From the NCBI RefSeq assembly GCF_000315625.1, contig NW_005434571.1, positions 126,092-190,091 on the forward strand: a DNA stretch of 64,000 nucleotides, written 5' to 3'. The notes below the pieces were generated by a model. The model saw only the letters and a program-made list of their open reading frames with translations, was not told where the DNA came from and made no database searches. Made by a program: the position numbers and the translations under genes. Position 1 is the first letter of the stretch, and each line of letters begins with the position of its first letter. Below are positions 49,916-61,626 of the stretch, piece by piece. This DNA is from Guillardia theta CCMP2712. Its lineage: Eukaryota; Protista; Cryptophyta.

Positions 49916-50899
49916 GTTTATCTTCAGCCTCCTCTCTTGTGCCTAGTGTTGTTTTTATAAGCAAGTTTCTGTGGCAACAGGGAGAAAGAAAAGCAGGTCC
50001 GCCTCGGATCTTGGTTGGGGGGACGTGGTCTGTGATACCTCCGAGTTGTTTTGAGTACCGGTACGAGACACGAGAGAAAGGTGGGTATCTTTGTCTTTGA
50101 AAAGCTACAAGGTGGAGACGATTGGGAATGATATCAAGGAGTCCTTTTGACAGGGGTATTCTGCCTATGGGTGTAGGGTGGGGTGCTTGCGTCAGCGATT
50201 GCAAGTGGAAAAAAGAAACTAAAATGAGCGACCATTGCCACAGGGGGATGTGACCATTGTAATCTCCGAGATCATTTACGCTGATGGTACTTTGATATGC
50301 TTCGGAAGGGGAAAAGAGGGGTGGGGGTGCGCGGGCTCAAAAGGGGCAAGCAAAGCTTGCGGGTGGAAAAAAGAAATCCTGCAGGTGGAAAAAAGAATCT
50401 GTTAGCGCCGGGATCCCAAAAAAAGGGGAGCCAGGCAAGAAAGACCCTTTTTTCCGGCCGGGATCCCAAAATAGCGCAAATGCCAAGAAAAAGGGTGTTT
50501 TGGGATCCTCCCGAGGGTGGGTGGTTCCAATCGGTGTAGAACCCCACCCCCGATCAGATTTGAATCTGCAACCTCAAACCGGAATTATTTTGAGATCCAA
50601 GAGTTATAACAGATCTAAATCGGCATACAAGGGTTTTACGGGTTTTAAAATCGGGACGTGTGGTACAAAGATCAGTACTGCTGGTACCAACACGAAGAAA
50701 AATTGCCAAGCAAAACGATGCAGAGGGGGGTGGTGGGTGGTGGGTGGTGGGTAGTGTACGTTACATGGGAAGGAGGGGTGGGGTCCCTCCTCACCCCCCC
50801 GAACCCCTTCCAAGAACTGGGTCCTTCCTAGCCTTAAGAAGGACGGACCCTCCTCACGATGGGGAAGGCAGCACCCCGTCGTGTCCCGCACCCTGAGCA

Positions 50900-53800
50900 A
50901 TGGCGGACAATGGCGGACAAAGCCAACCGCTGGAGGCTGGTCTCCACCAGGATGGCAACCAAGCCTGCGCGAGTCATGCAGGCGATAGTCATGACCAGGA
51001 AGTTGATCAGCTCTCTCCATCCAGTTCTACGAACCCCCCGGCTGTGGCACAGCCCAACTCGTGTGTCTTCGGTGCTGTTTGCTTGATGCAAAAGGAGGCA
51101 AACGCTGTTCTGAAGGTATGCAAAATATGCAGGTTGTGCTTTCACCTTGTCTGTGCATGGGAGTTAGCTGGCTCGGATCGCAATGATGAATGTGGAAAGC
51201 ATGCACCTCGTTCACGCAGAAAGAGGGTCAAAGACAAGAATGCGCTTCTGAGAATATTTGACGACCCTGAGGCTTGTAGCATTTCGGCTTCAGATGACCC
51301 CAACATCCAAGCATTTCTTGATCTGGAATTCAACACGGTGAGCCGAAGCACTCAAGAGACGTATGCTTATCGAATTATGGGTATGATCGAGTTCTTCCAG
51401 AAGGATCCAAGATATCACGCAGCACTCAACCCAGGTCGCACGAACCTGAAGCTCCCATTGCCATTGGACTTGCTCCAGGCTTTCTTTGGTTGGCTGTGTG
51501 AGCACGACGGAATGAGGACAGCAGGGTCCAAGAGGAAGGCAGCATCGGCAGTAAGTGCGGACGGCGAAGAAGAAGAAGAAAATGCAGATACCCCAGACGT
51601 GGCAGGTCACGAGCGTCAGGCAGAGGTAGCCAACATTTTGCAAGTATCAAGCAGAGACAAAGCAACCGTAGCTGTGTCCACCGTGCAGGGTTACAAAAGT
51701 GCGTTGAAATATCTGTACAGACGCAGGAATGTTATGTTTACGGCAATTGGGTTGAAAACTGGCGGAAGATCATTGGATGACATACTGGATGGTTATATCA
51801 ATTCCTATACCAAAGAAGTTACCCGGAAGAAGGGCGACGGTGTGATGCAGGCCCACGAGGGCAAGACAACTCTATCCATGCCAGAGTATAAAGCACTGAA
51901 CAACATCTTGAAGGAGCTGAGACCTCGCAGAGGAAGTTCAGAGTCCGGCAGTTCATGGATTTTCTCTTGGGCATGCTGTTCTGTCATGTGGAACCTGGTA
52001 TGCAGAAGTGAGAGTCTAGACATTTTGCATCTTGAGCACTTTGACTGGGAAAATGATTGCATGAAGGTGGTCTTACTCAAGACAAAAAAAGATCAGTGTG
52101 GCATTGGTACTGACATGCGAAGCACGAGGATAAAACATGTGTTTGCATCGCCCTACACACCAGAAATGTGTCCTATTCTCATTCTTGGGTTGTATATATT
52201 TGCCACGCGACATGGGCAAGTCTCATTCTCTGGAACGAAGTTATTCCCAGGATCAGACCAAAAGCAAAGGTTTTGCACGTTATTGCAAAGAGGGATTCGA
52301 CAAGCTGCAGACCAGTATCATGGCAACTTGGAAGAAGCAGGGAGTCATTCGCTGCGCAAGGGAGGAATATCTCATCTCCTTGCTTTTCTGGAAGGACCAG
52401 GTAAGGGCCAACCGTTGCATGAAGGTTTACTGAATGGTGCAATGCAGGAGTACCAACTGTTTATATTCGAGCCAACTGGAGGATAGGTCATTCATGAGTG
52501 TGATGTTCTCCACGGCACTATGCTGAGTCATGCGGTTGACAGGAGACACAGAGGACCGGTACATCGTGGGAGGAGCAGGAGGCGATCAGATGTGTGGCAG
52601 ACTTTTAGCAGGGAACGATCCTAGCACGGCTGAATTTGCTGTGCTACCACCACATTTTTCCCCTGAAGGGATGCAAGAGATACAAGCGATAGGATGGGAC
52701 AAATTCATCAAGAGTTTCAATGAACTGCCGCGGGGGTTCAGGAATTGTATACCTTTCTTTCTGGCTAGTATTTTGTATCATCTTCCCACTCTGCAAGCAT
52801 GGTTCCCTGATCCACAGCATTCCATATGGGAAATTCCGCTATTTGGCATGTTTGGACAGGACACGATGAGTAGATTGAATCAGCTACGTGACAAAGTAGT
52901 TTTGAAGGTTCACAGTTGCCAAGAGTGTGGCATGCTCGCACATGGGATTCCAACAAAGACCGATATCATTCATACCATTAAGGAGCTTGTGACGAAAGTA
53001 TCAAAGGTTGAAGGCATGTTCACAATTGACGTGATGAGAAAAGCTGCAGAGTCTGGAGAGACAATGGAGGCATCGACCAAGTCAATGGAGTCAGAGATGT
53101 TAAAGGCGTTAGACATGGTGACACAACAATTGAATGCCCACAACAAAGCACTGAACAAGACACTGAAGGAGAACTCGAAACAAACACAGCAAGGTTTGGA
53201 AAGAGTTTGGATGAAGCTGCATAACATAGAGGAGAACATGAAAGTTATGTTCGAAATGATCACATCAGTGTTGCATGGAAATAATTCTGTGCGAGACGGG
53301 AGTTCGGTGGAACACAGGTTTGCATGGCGGGAAGGAACACAAGACAATGAATTGCTTGTGGAAAACAGCTCGGAAGCAAGCTCAGGATCAGACATGGAAG
53401 AAGATGGGTCATTGAACAGTGGAGCAGACAACGATGAGGCCACTCCAGGCGAAGACCAATCATTGAATGATGACGAAGTAGAGGGCGATTGGTTCGAATG
53501 GGGGGGGGCCGCCACATGGTTCCTGCAGATTTCGAATGGCCACAGAAAGTATCAGTCAGAAACATGATGACGTATTGGTATCAAGGGCGGATTAGAAGCA
53601 TTGATGGAAGGGTACAAAGAATCAGACCATTTTATAACTTTTACAAACTGAATTTGAGGCATGACTTGAAAACGAAACCCAGCAGGAGGAATCTTTACAA
53701 AGCAAGGTGCGTGATGATGGAGATAGAGAAGATTTGCCGGGAGAACGGAACGATTGGTGAACAAGGCGAGATACGGGCAGACAACATCCAGGAATGTTAC

Positions 53801-54031
53801 GACAAAGCCTTTCATGTGCTGGTTGAGAGAGCATACGGGAAGTCGGCATGGCAGAGGCGTGAACTCAAGCACAGATATGAACAGCTGAGTTACATCACGT
53901 TTTGCAACAAGTTACACTTGGAGAAGGATAGGACGACAGCTCGACCTGAACACACACAAGACTCCATGGAGTCTTCAGATGAGAGTAGGGAAAGAACGAC
54001 ATATGCTGCAGCATTGTTGAAAGACTTATGA
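50900..54031 (+). mobile_element. Crypton-type tyrosine-recombinase DNA transposon gene (PHD-like finger, YR domain, GCR1_C-like DNA-binding domain); 2 introns and 1 frameshift
   Basis: Catalytic set R (LVCRSES), K (KTKKDQ), HxxR (SHSLRKGG), W (IRANW) and Y (EDRY), followed by GDQMCGRLLAG. Introns 52401-52447 and 52487-52542 restore GPGVPTVYIRANWRIGDTEDRY. C-terminal FEWGG..HMVPADFEWP...YWYQG...IRPF. Frameshift in the G9 run at 53500-53508. Confidence 0.85.
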
Positions 54032-54094
54032 CAGTGGGATGGGAATGAAGATGAACATATGTTTCACCTACATGATTCTACACCATCCCATCTG

Positions 54095-54633
54095 CCATCA
54101 CTCCTCTACCATCACTCCTCTACCATCACTCCTCTACCATCACTCCTCTGCCATCACTCCTCTACCCTCTACCATCACTCCTCTACCATCCCTCCTCTGC
54201 CATCCCTCCTCTACCATCCCTCCTCTGCCATCACTCCTCTACCATCACTCCTCTACCATCCCTCCTCTGCCATCCCTCCTCTACCATCACTCCTCTGCCA
54301 TCCCTCCTCTGCCATCACTCCTCTACCATCACTCCTCTGCCATCCCTCCTCTACCATCACTCCTCTGCCATCACTCCTCTACCATCACTCCTCTGCCATC
54401 ACTCCTCTGCCATCACTCCTCTGCCATCACTCCTCTACCATCACTCCTCTGCCATCACTCCTCTGCCATCACTCCTCTACCATCCCTCCTCTACCATCAC
54501 TCCTCTGCCATCACTCCTCTACCATCACTCCTCTACCATCACTCCTCTACCATCACTCCTCTACCATCACTCCTCTGCCATCCCTCCTCTACCATCCCTC
54601 CTCTGCCATCACTCCTCTGCCATCACTCCTCTA
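54095..54633 (+). repeat. 14-bp minisatellite CCATC(A/C)CTCCTCT(A/G), about 38 copies
   Basis: Direct tandem array with no unique spacers; begins about 65 nt after the Crypton stop codon. Confidence 0.95.
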
Positions 54634-55601
54634 CCGTCTCTCTCCCTTGTTGGCATCTTTTCTCGGACATCTGTCATCTACCTGTCGTCTTCTTCGTTTC
54701 CCCAACACATCTTGTCCGAACTCCCCTGTGAAGTTGCCTTGCGTATTTACCACGCCGGAACAAATTTTCGAAACGGAACTGAGATACTACCCGGTTTACA
54801 GACGTTAAAAGGACCGGTGATCAGTTTCCGAGGGCTATGAGGGGAAAAAAACATCTTTGTTTCTTGCCAAGGATCTCTCCGACACCTGTCCGATCATGAC
54901 CGTACTGACCTTGCAAGACTCTGTGAGAGGCGGGCCTGGGATCCCGCCGGGGACTCGGAGACTCCGGGGATCATCCCGTGATTGTTGCCGGGGCACCGGA
55001 GTTATCTGAGGTTCGGCACCCGGCACTCTGCCACTGATGGTAACGGAAGCAGTAGTGAAGGCGGCTCCCGGTCTACCAGGCTGGACGGACGGTGATCGGC
55101 CCGGGTCAGGAAACTTCAAGAAACGGCGTGAACTTCGGAACCATACTAATCAGGCGGGCAGTTGAGACGGTGGCCGACTGGGCGAACGGCGTAACCGTGA
55201 ACTGAACTTCTGAAGTTGAACTGAGGGGCTCGGTGCCACTACTGCAGCGGCCTCAGGCGTGACTCCCGCCGGCAACTCCCGCCGGCACAGTGCCGTTGGG
55301 CCCGGGCAGGTGAAGTTATGTCAATGGTAGGTGACCGTTCAACTTCCGAGACAATGCTTGCCGGGATGGCAAGCCAATGACACGGTGAATGGGAACAACG
55401 CTCCCAGGTGGGATGGAAGACTGGGACGCACGTCTCAGGCCATGCGTCACATGTGGCGGGAGGAGGCGGGTGAGAGGTTTGATGCCGAATGTTGACATCA
55501 AGACATAGACGGATCAAGTTGTGGCATGATATGGGGCACTGAAGGATTCCTGGGTGTCTCTTTATACATAGTAGTATAGTTTACATGCCCTGCAGTACGA
55601 A

Positions 55602-55631
55602 ATGATGATGATGATTATGACTCAGTGAGAT

Positions 55632-55672
<41 letters not shown>

Positions 55673-55673
55673 G
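55602..55673 (+). repeat. Compound (ATG)/(ATC)n/(CAG)n microsatellite
   Basis: atgatgatgatg...atcatcatcatc...agcagcagcagc. Confidence 0.85.
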
Positions 55674-56324
55674 AGGGGGGGTCGTTGAATGCTGCAGTCG
55701 AAGTAGATGTTGTCGAAAAGCGTCGAAAAGCATCGCATGGTCCAGAAGCGTCGGTGTCTCACTGCCACGAGGTTGGGCCTGATCCGGGATGATCATGGGG
55801 AGGCAACCGTCAAGCCTCCGTGACTCAGAGAGACCGCACGCTTGAAGACGACCCTTGAGTGAGACACTGCATGGTGAGTCCATCATGGGGGAGAGGAGCA
55901 TGGCAGCCGGGATGGGGCAGGGGATGCAACCGGCGGCTGTCACGGTGGGGGGGGGAGGCGGCGGGCGTCGCCGCCATGGGGCATGCGGGGTTTGAAAGTG
56001 GGACAAGTCGCAACGGACGGGCCGCAAGGCACCCGGTACATATCTGTACGGGGGGGGGTACCGGGAGCGGGTTAGAATTGAGTAAAGGCTGGGGTGCCCG
56101 TACCCACCCCGGTACCGCGGGCGGTACCGGGGGGATCAGTCAACCCCGCCCCTAAATGTCGCCCTTGTTTTTTTTCCCCTTTGCTCCTGTACCTTTTTGA
56201 AAATCTCAAAACATCCCAATCGTAGAATTCAGATCGGGGTATCACTAGGAGACCTACGGGCGCAGATTGATCTCGGTCATTGCCAATGGGGGACATGACC
56301 TGTATATCCTCCGTTATCACGAGG

Positions 56325-57380
56325 TCTGTATATCCCCCGATATCACTTGGGTGTTCCTAGAACGGAGGGGTGGTGAGAATTGCCTGCATGCAGGGAAAAA
56401 AAAAAATTTACACTGAGTGCAGTCCTGGCCGTTTAGGGGTCAGAGTCACGGCAAGGAGCAGCTCATGGGACAGCGCGGCGCAGGCCGCTGAGTGTTTCCG
56501 ATTGAGTCGCAGCAGTCCTCAACCCTCAGATCTGATCTGTATATATCCCCCGATATCCGATGATCCCCCTCGGTGTTCATAGAACGGAGGGGTGGTGAGA
56601 ATTGCCTGCATGCAAGGAGAAAAAAAAGAATTGCGGCCGCGCCGGGGGTCACACGCCGGACTGGGAGCACTCCGACTCGGCAGCTCATGGGACACTGGAG
56701 CCTCGGAGCGCTCCGAGCCAGCGGCCAGCACCCAGTACGGTCAGGCTCCGATCGGACCGACGGCCGACTGACTGCAGTCAGGCGGCACAACCCTCAGTCG
56801 GGGGCCGGCTCCTCCGCCGGACCCTCACAGTGACCCTCAACCCCCGGGCCCAGTTACCGTACTACCTTTGAGTGAAGGAAATGTACCGTACCGCAGTCGC
56901 GGCCGGCCCGGCAGTGCCACGAGCAGTCACGGTGCCACCGGGCCGGCCGTCACAGTCACTGGCCCAGTGGAACGGTAAGGCCCAATGGCAGCCGGCAGAC
57001 ACACGCCGCCGGCCGCGTGCCACATTGGCCCAGGCGGCTCCGACTGACTCCCCCCCGGGGCCCGGCCCGCCGGGCCGCCGGGGCCGCGGGGCCGCCGGTA
57101 GTACGGCCCGGGCGGCGCGGCCCTGGCTCACAAGCTGTCACTGTGCGGCCTCCCGGGCCCACTGAGTCATTCCGGCGCCGTACCGCCGGTACGGTACTGT
57201 AGTACGGTCGCCCCCGTACGGTCACCGCCCCGGACCGGACGCCGGGGCACGCCACCGTGACCACCGCAGCCCGGAGCTCCAGGCTCCGAGGAGCCTCCGG
57301 CCTGCCTCCGAGCCTGTGAGAGTCGAGAGTCCGGCTGGGCTGCCCGGCCCGCCCGGGCCGGGGCGCCGGGGCCCGCCCAT
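56325..57380. repeat. Tandem duplication (about 222-bp period) merging into a GC-rich degenerate island
   Basis: 35-nt identity tagaacggaggggtggtgagaattgcctgcatgca at 56358 and 56580; gcagctcatgggaca at about 56458 and 56680. Confidence 0.85.
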
Positions 57381-57885
57381 GGAAACTAACACAATCAACT
57401 CCTCAGAGACAACCTCAACAAGAAACAACGTTAACAACTCTACCAGTGACTGTTGGAAGTGTGATTTGAAGCTCAATCATACGCAAGGGAATCCAATGTC
57501 GGACCGTCAGCGTTGCCGCGAGTGCGCAAAGAATCAAAGTTGAAATCAGAACGAGGACAACGGCCCACGAGCTGGCAAAAAAACAAGTACGGCATGGATT
57601 GACTGCACAATGAGTCTTCAAGCCTTGAAGAGTCTTTCCGGGCTTTCTGGGTCGGGCCCACTCGGGGGCTCTGTTCATGTGAAGGTTCGCGCTAACTTAA
57701 CCGGATTTATTCAAAAATGTTTGGGCTGGAATCATTTCACAGTCATATGTACATTACACCTGCCTGAACCAATCGTTGGCGATCCGATCCGATCCGATCC
57801 GATCTGATCATTGCCAAGGTGCCGGGCACGATATCGTGGTCGGTCGTCTAGGCACTATCATCCAGGAAGCTTTAAAAAGTTCTTT

Positions 57886-59388
57886 TCATTGCCACTGAGT
57901 GTCGCTGTTCAACGACTCGAAATCTTCCGGAGTAAGAGACTTGCTCCGCTTCATCAACCATGGTCTTGACGATTGTGGTAGACAGTGGTCCCCTTCCCTA
58001 CGCTTTCCCCCCTCAACTTCGTCTGATTCGACCAGTGGGTGCAAATGCGGATCGGATGAGCACTTTTCAAGAGCACGGATTGTCCTCGCCTGATCCCTGT
58101 GAAGCATTCCTGCTGTGACCATCTGCGCAACCTGCCTTGAAGTAGACTCTTGGAAGCAACTGCTGCTGTAGTCGTTGTCCGCGTCTACCCCGAGCCCTCG
58201 TACGTTTCCCTTTCCCAGTCGGTGCATCCTCGCCTCTTGCTCGTGCAGGAAGTGTTGTTGAATTCCAATCACACTACCTGGCCTGCACACTCTCAGCCAT
58301 GCGATCGCCTCCTTCGCAGTGAACAAAAAATGTTTCATTAGGTACAAGGCTATGAGCGTCCCTGTCCTGCCCAGTCCTGCCAAGCAGTGCACAGCCACCG
58401 CATTCTTGGATTCCTCGCACTCCAACAAGAAGCGATGAACAATCTCGCGAGAAGGAACTGTACAATCATTGAAAATGAGATCAACATGTTGGAATCCAGC
58501 GTCAGCGAAGGTCTTTGCATCGTACTCAGCTTCGTTGAGTCTGACAATCTTTTCAACTCCCAAGGCAGCAAACAAATCAAGAAAGTCCTCAGGACTATGA
58601 GCTAAGCTGTTCCTACAAGAATTAGACACAGGACCTTTGAAAGCAATGAACTTGTCCGGAACAATAAAGTGCAGATCGCCATTGCGAGGGTTGTCGTAAA
58701 AAAGATATTCCTCGGAGTCGAAACTTGAGAACTTGTAGAAGCCGCACTTGCGCGCACGTAGTAACCCATCCCAGCAGTCCTTCACAGACAGGTCGTGTGT
58801 GCTCTTTGTCCAAGTTGCATCGCGATATGGACGCAGGTGTCTCTGGCTGATCTCCGAGAAGACCTGCATGGCCACGTCGGGGCGAGCGTTCAGGTGAAGA
58901 CAGAGGAAGGAACCAAGCATGAAGACGGCATTGGTGATGTCTCCAGGAGCATCCGGAACCGCAAAAACGATCTTCTTACCCGAAAGCGTTTTGCTCAAAA
59001 GGTGATCTTTGAAGACCTTGCAGTAGTGGTGCACTGCAGCTATGTTCATTGGGCCGAAATCCGCGCAGAACGGAACATATGCGTATTTCTTGTTCATGTG
59101 TATCCATCTTTCATCGTGAGATCTGACTGCTCCACTGATGGCAAGATAGAGCCTTCCCTGTAGCACTTCAAGCTTCCCCGCCTTGAACACTTCCCTTGTA
59201 CGCAAAACGAACTCCTCGTCGGATCCTTCGACTTTCATTGCATACTTCCTTCTACCGGAGGCGCTACTAACACATCTTCTTGCAGGCTGGTCAAAGTTGC
59301 TCAGCTGTTTTCGTCTCATCGCAGTATGAGCCAGCGCAGTCTCGATCGGGCTTGCATGGCGGGCAGAGCTTCCTGCGGTCACTGCCAT
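57886..59388 (-). CDS. CDC14: Cdc14-family dual-specificity phosphatase (intronless)
   Basis: DSPn domain YVPFCADFGPMN...PYRDA...DCWDGL; NGDLHFIVPDKFIAFKGP; IVRLNEAEYD; P-loop AVHCLAGLGRTGTLIALYLMKH; WLRVCRPGSVIG. Confidence 0.95.
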   Translation of the reverse strand: MAVTAGSSARHASPIETALAHTAMRRKQLSNFDQPARRCVSSASGRRKYAMKVEGSDEEFVLRTREVFKAGKLEVLQGRLYLAISGAVRSHDERWIHMNKKYAYVPFCADFGPMNIAAVHHYCKVFKDHLLSKTLSGKKIVFAVPDAPGDITNAVFMLGSFLCLHLNARPDVAMQVFSEISQRHLRPYRDATWTKSTHDLSVKDCWDGLLRARKCGFYKFSSFDSEEYLFYDNPRNGDLHFIVPDKFIAFKGPVSNSCRNSLAHSPEDFLDLFAALGVEKIVRLNEAEYDAKTFADAGFQHVDLIFNDCTVPSREIVHRFLLECEESKNAVAVHCLAGLGRTGTLIALYLMKHFLFTAKEAIAWLRVCRPGSVIGIQQHFLHEQEARMHRLGKGNVRGLGVDADNDYSSSCFQESTSRQVAQMVTAGMLHRDQARTIRALEKCSSDPHLHPLVESDEVEGGKRREGDHCLPQSSRPWLMKRSKSLTPEDFESLNSDTQWQ

Positions 59389-60239
59389 GGTGTCCTGTGA
59401 GACCGGCGGAGAGCTCGGGGGTTATAGAACGGGAGGTAGCTCAAACGTCTATATTTTGCAACGGTTCGTACTGTTCCCCTACTCTAAAATGACTTATTGA
59501 CTTCACGTCAACTTCGCTGATACCAGTACCCCTTCGACGGACAACAACAGGTAAACATACTAGCAGATAAGTTGGTTCAAAGGGGGGTGGGGGGTTTATT
59601 TGGGGGTGGTATCTGATTTCAATTTTTGGGCCATATATTCCCCTGTAAAGTGAGGCGCATCGAACAATCTTGAGATAAAGGTGGGTGGGTGGGCAACAAT
59701 CGATCATGAGATTTATTGGGCGGTGGCACCGTCAGGGTAGTGTATGGTTGGGTAGGGTAGTCTGAATTCATACACGATTCCGAGAAGGTCAGCAATGCAC
59801 TACCCGCTCTTTGTCCTGATTATGAGGGGGTGGGTGCCATTTGTCCGACGATATTCAACCTAGCCACGATTGCGAGAATTATTCGAAAAGATCTGTTTTG
59901 GATTTTCAATGCTGTGCTCCTATAAGAGGATGACATTCCCACGGGGAGCACATGTCCACGGTTGGGGTTCGAAGGATAAGAGACTTTTTAATGATTATAT
60001 AGTAAATTGCTGCTGTGTGACCATATTTATTGAATTTTCCATTAAAATTCAATGAGAAACTGTCAACATCTCTATCCCGTGCAACGGAGTTGGTGCACCT
60101 CCTAAAATAGGCCAGCCGCGAAAGGGAGTCGAGTAGTAAACTTTCCCGTCCAGCGACTGTTCAGATCAAGGGACATACCTCCGGGAGTCCGACCCGAAAG
60201 CGATTCGAAATTGAGATTGAGACTGATCTTTTTTACTCC

Positions 60240-61550
60240 GAGTCAATCTGAGCGCCGCTGAGAGGCCTCCTCACACCGTGCCGCAGTGCCGGCGGGGCCC
60301 GGCCGGCCGAGTTCGGAGTTCAGTACGGCCGTACTAACGGTGGCCCCCGGGCCCCGGCGGGCGGCGGCCAGCGATCCGATCCGATGATCGGATCCCGAGT
60401 CCTGCCCAGTAGACGGTCGCCCCGCCGGGGCCCGGCCCGGCCTCTCAGTGATTCAATGTGATAGAGCCCGGCTAGCCTAGGCGGCCGGTTCACTCGCCGC
60501 CCATGACTGCGGGCCCGCGGCGGCGGCTCGAAGCCGGCGCCCGGCCCGGCGGAGTCCGAGACCGGCCGACCGCCGGGGCGCCCGGGCCCGCCGCGGGCTG
60601 GGCCGGCGCGTGATCGGACGGGCCACGGTGTGACCGTACACGGCCACTGAGATGTTCTTTACTCAAAGTTACTATCAAGTTTAAAAATCAGTACGAGGAC
60701 AATCAGGAGAGTACGGTCCGAGGAGGCTTGACCCTGACACTATCGCACGGTGACTGGCAGGCCCTGAGGGGCCCGGCGCCGGGGCCAAACGGGCCGTGCG
60801 GCGGCGAGCGGCGAGAAAACTTGAAAGACAGCGAGAACCAAACTTGCCACTCACCCAATCCTGCCGCCGCGTGCAGACTGCTGGCCCACAAACGCCATGT
60901 CAGCCGCCGAAGGACGGCGCCTGGCCCGGAATCGGAGACGCATACCGTGGAATGCACCCGCGACTCTCACTGGCAGCGACCGTACAGCGCGGCCTAGTAG
61001 GATCGGACAGGGAGGCCTTGAGCCGCTGAGCTGAACCAAGAGTCCTGGACCGGATGCGTTTGCAAGTCGGATCACCTGAGACGTCTTGGCCGGCGGCCCC
61101 CGAACTCTCAGATCGGTCAGTGCCTTCTCAGTGCCAACTCGTATCCGACTCCTGACCCCACCCGAAAGGACCGGCTCAGCCTCGGCAACCGTCAAATGTG
61201 CGAGGATCTTGTACTTGTAGCTTTGTCGCCGTGACTCGCACCGTAGCTCTCCCGGGCCCACTCACTCAAGAGAACCCACGAGGCCCGGCCCTCAGTATCT
61301 CGGAGCGCCGGGTCTAGTCAGTGCCGCAGGCTCAAATCAGTCAACCAGTGCCGGCACTGAGCATAGCTCAGCTGCTTCCGATTCTGTCACACTGGCCCGG
61401 CCCGGTTGCAGTACCAGTTCACCCGGCAGTCTGAAGAGCCATGATGGGCCTTCGGCGACCGGGCTCGACCGTCGGACTCACGGTGCCAGTCTGCGCCCGG
61501 CGTTGACCACTGTCCAGTACGGTCAATACGGATCTGACTGCCTCCCGGTG
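60240..61550 (+). repeat. GC-rich degenerate repeat island (copy C)
   Basis: Shares collinear blocks with copy A (12091, 13150-13260) and copy B (35830-36230). Confidence 0.85.
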
Positions 61551-61626
61551 ATCAAAGCAAGTCTAAGAGCCGTCAAGGTTTCTGACTGTCACTCCATTCC
61601 TCGATCGACTGATGTGTAGTAAGAAG

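Noticed and set aside
54039-54808. ORFs 54039..54731 and 54059..54808, and a possible CRISPR-like array
   Set aside because: The ORFs are translations of a 14-bp minisatellite. There are no unique spacers and no cas genes, and the context is eukaryotic.
50540-56245. Possible terminal inverted repeats around the Crypton (about 50546-50600 versus 56200-56240)
   Set aside because: The similarity is too short and patchy to call by eye.
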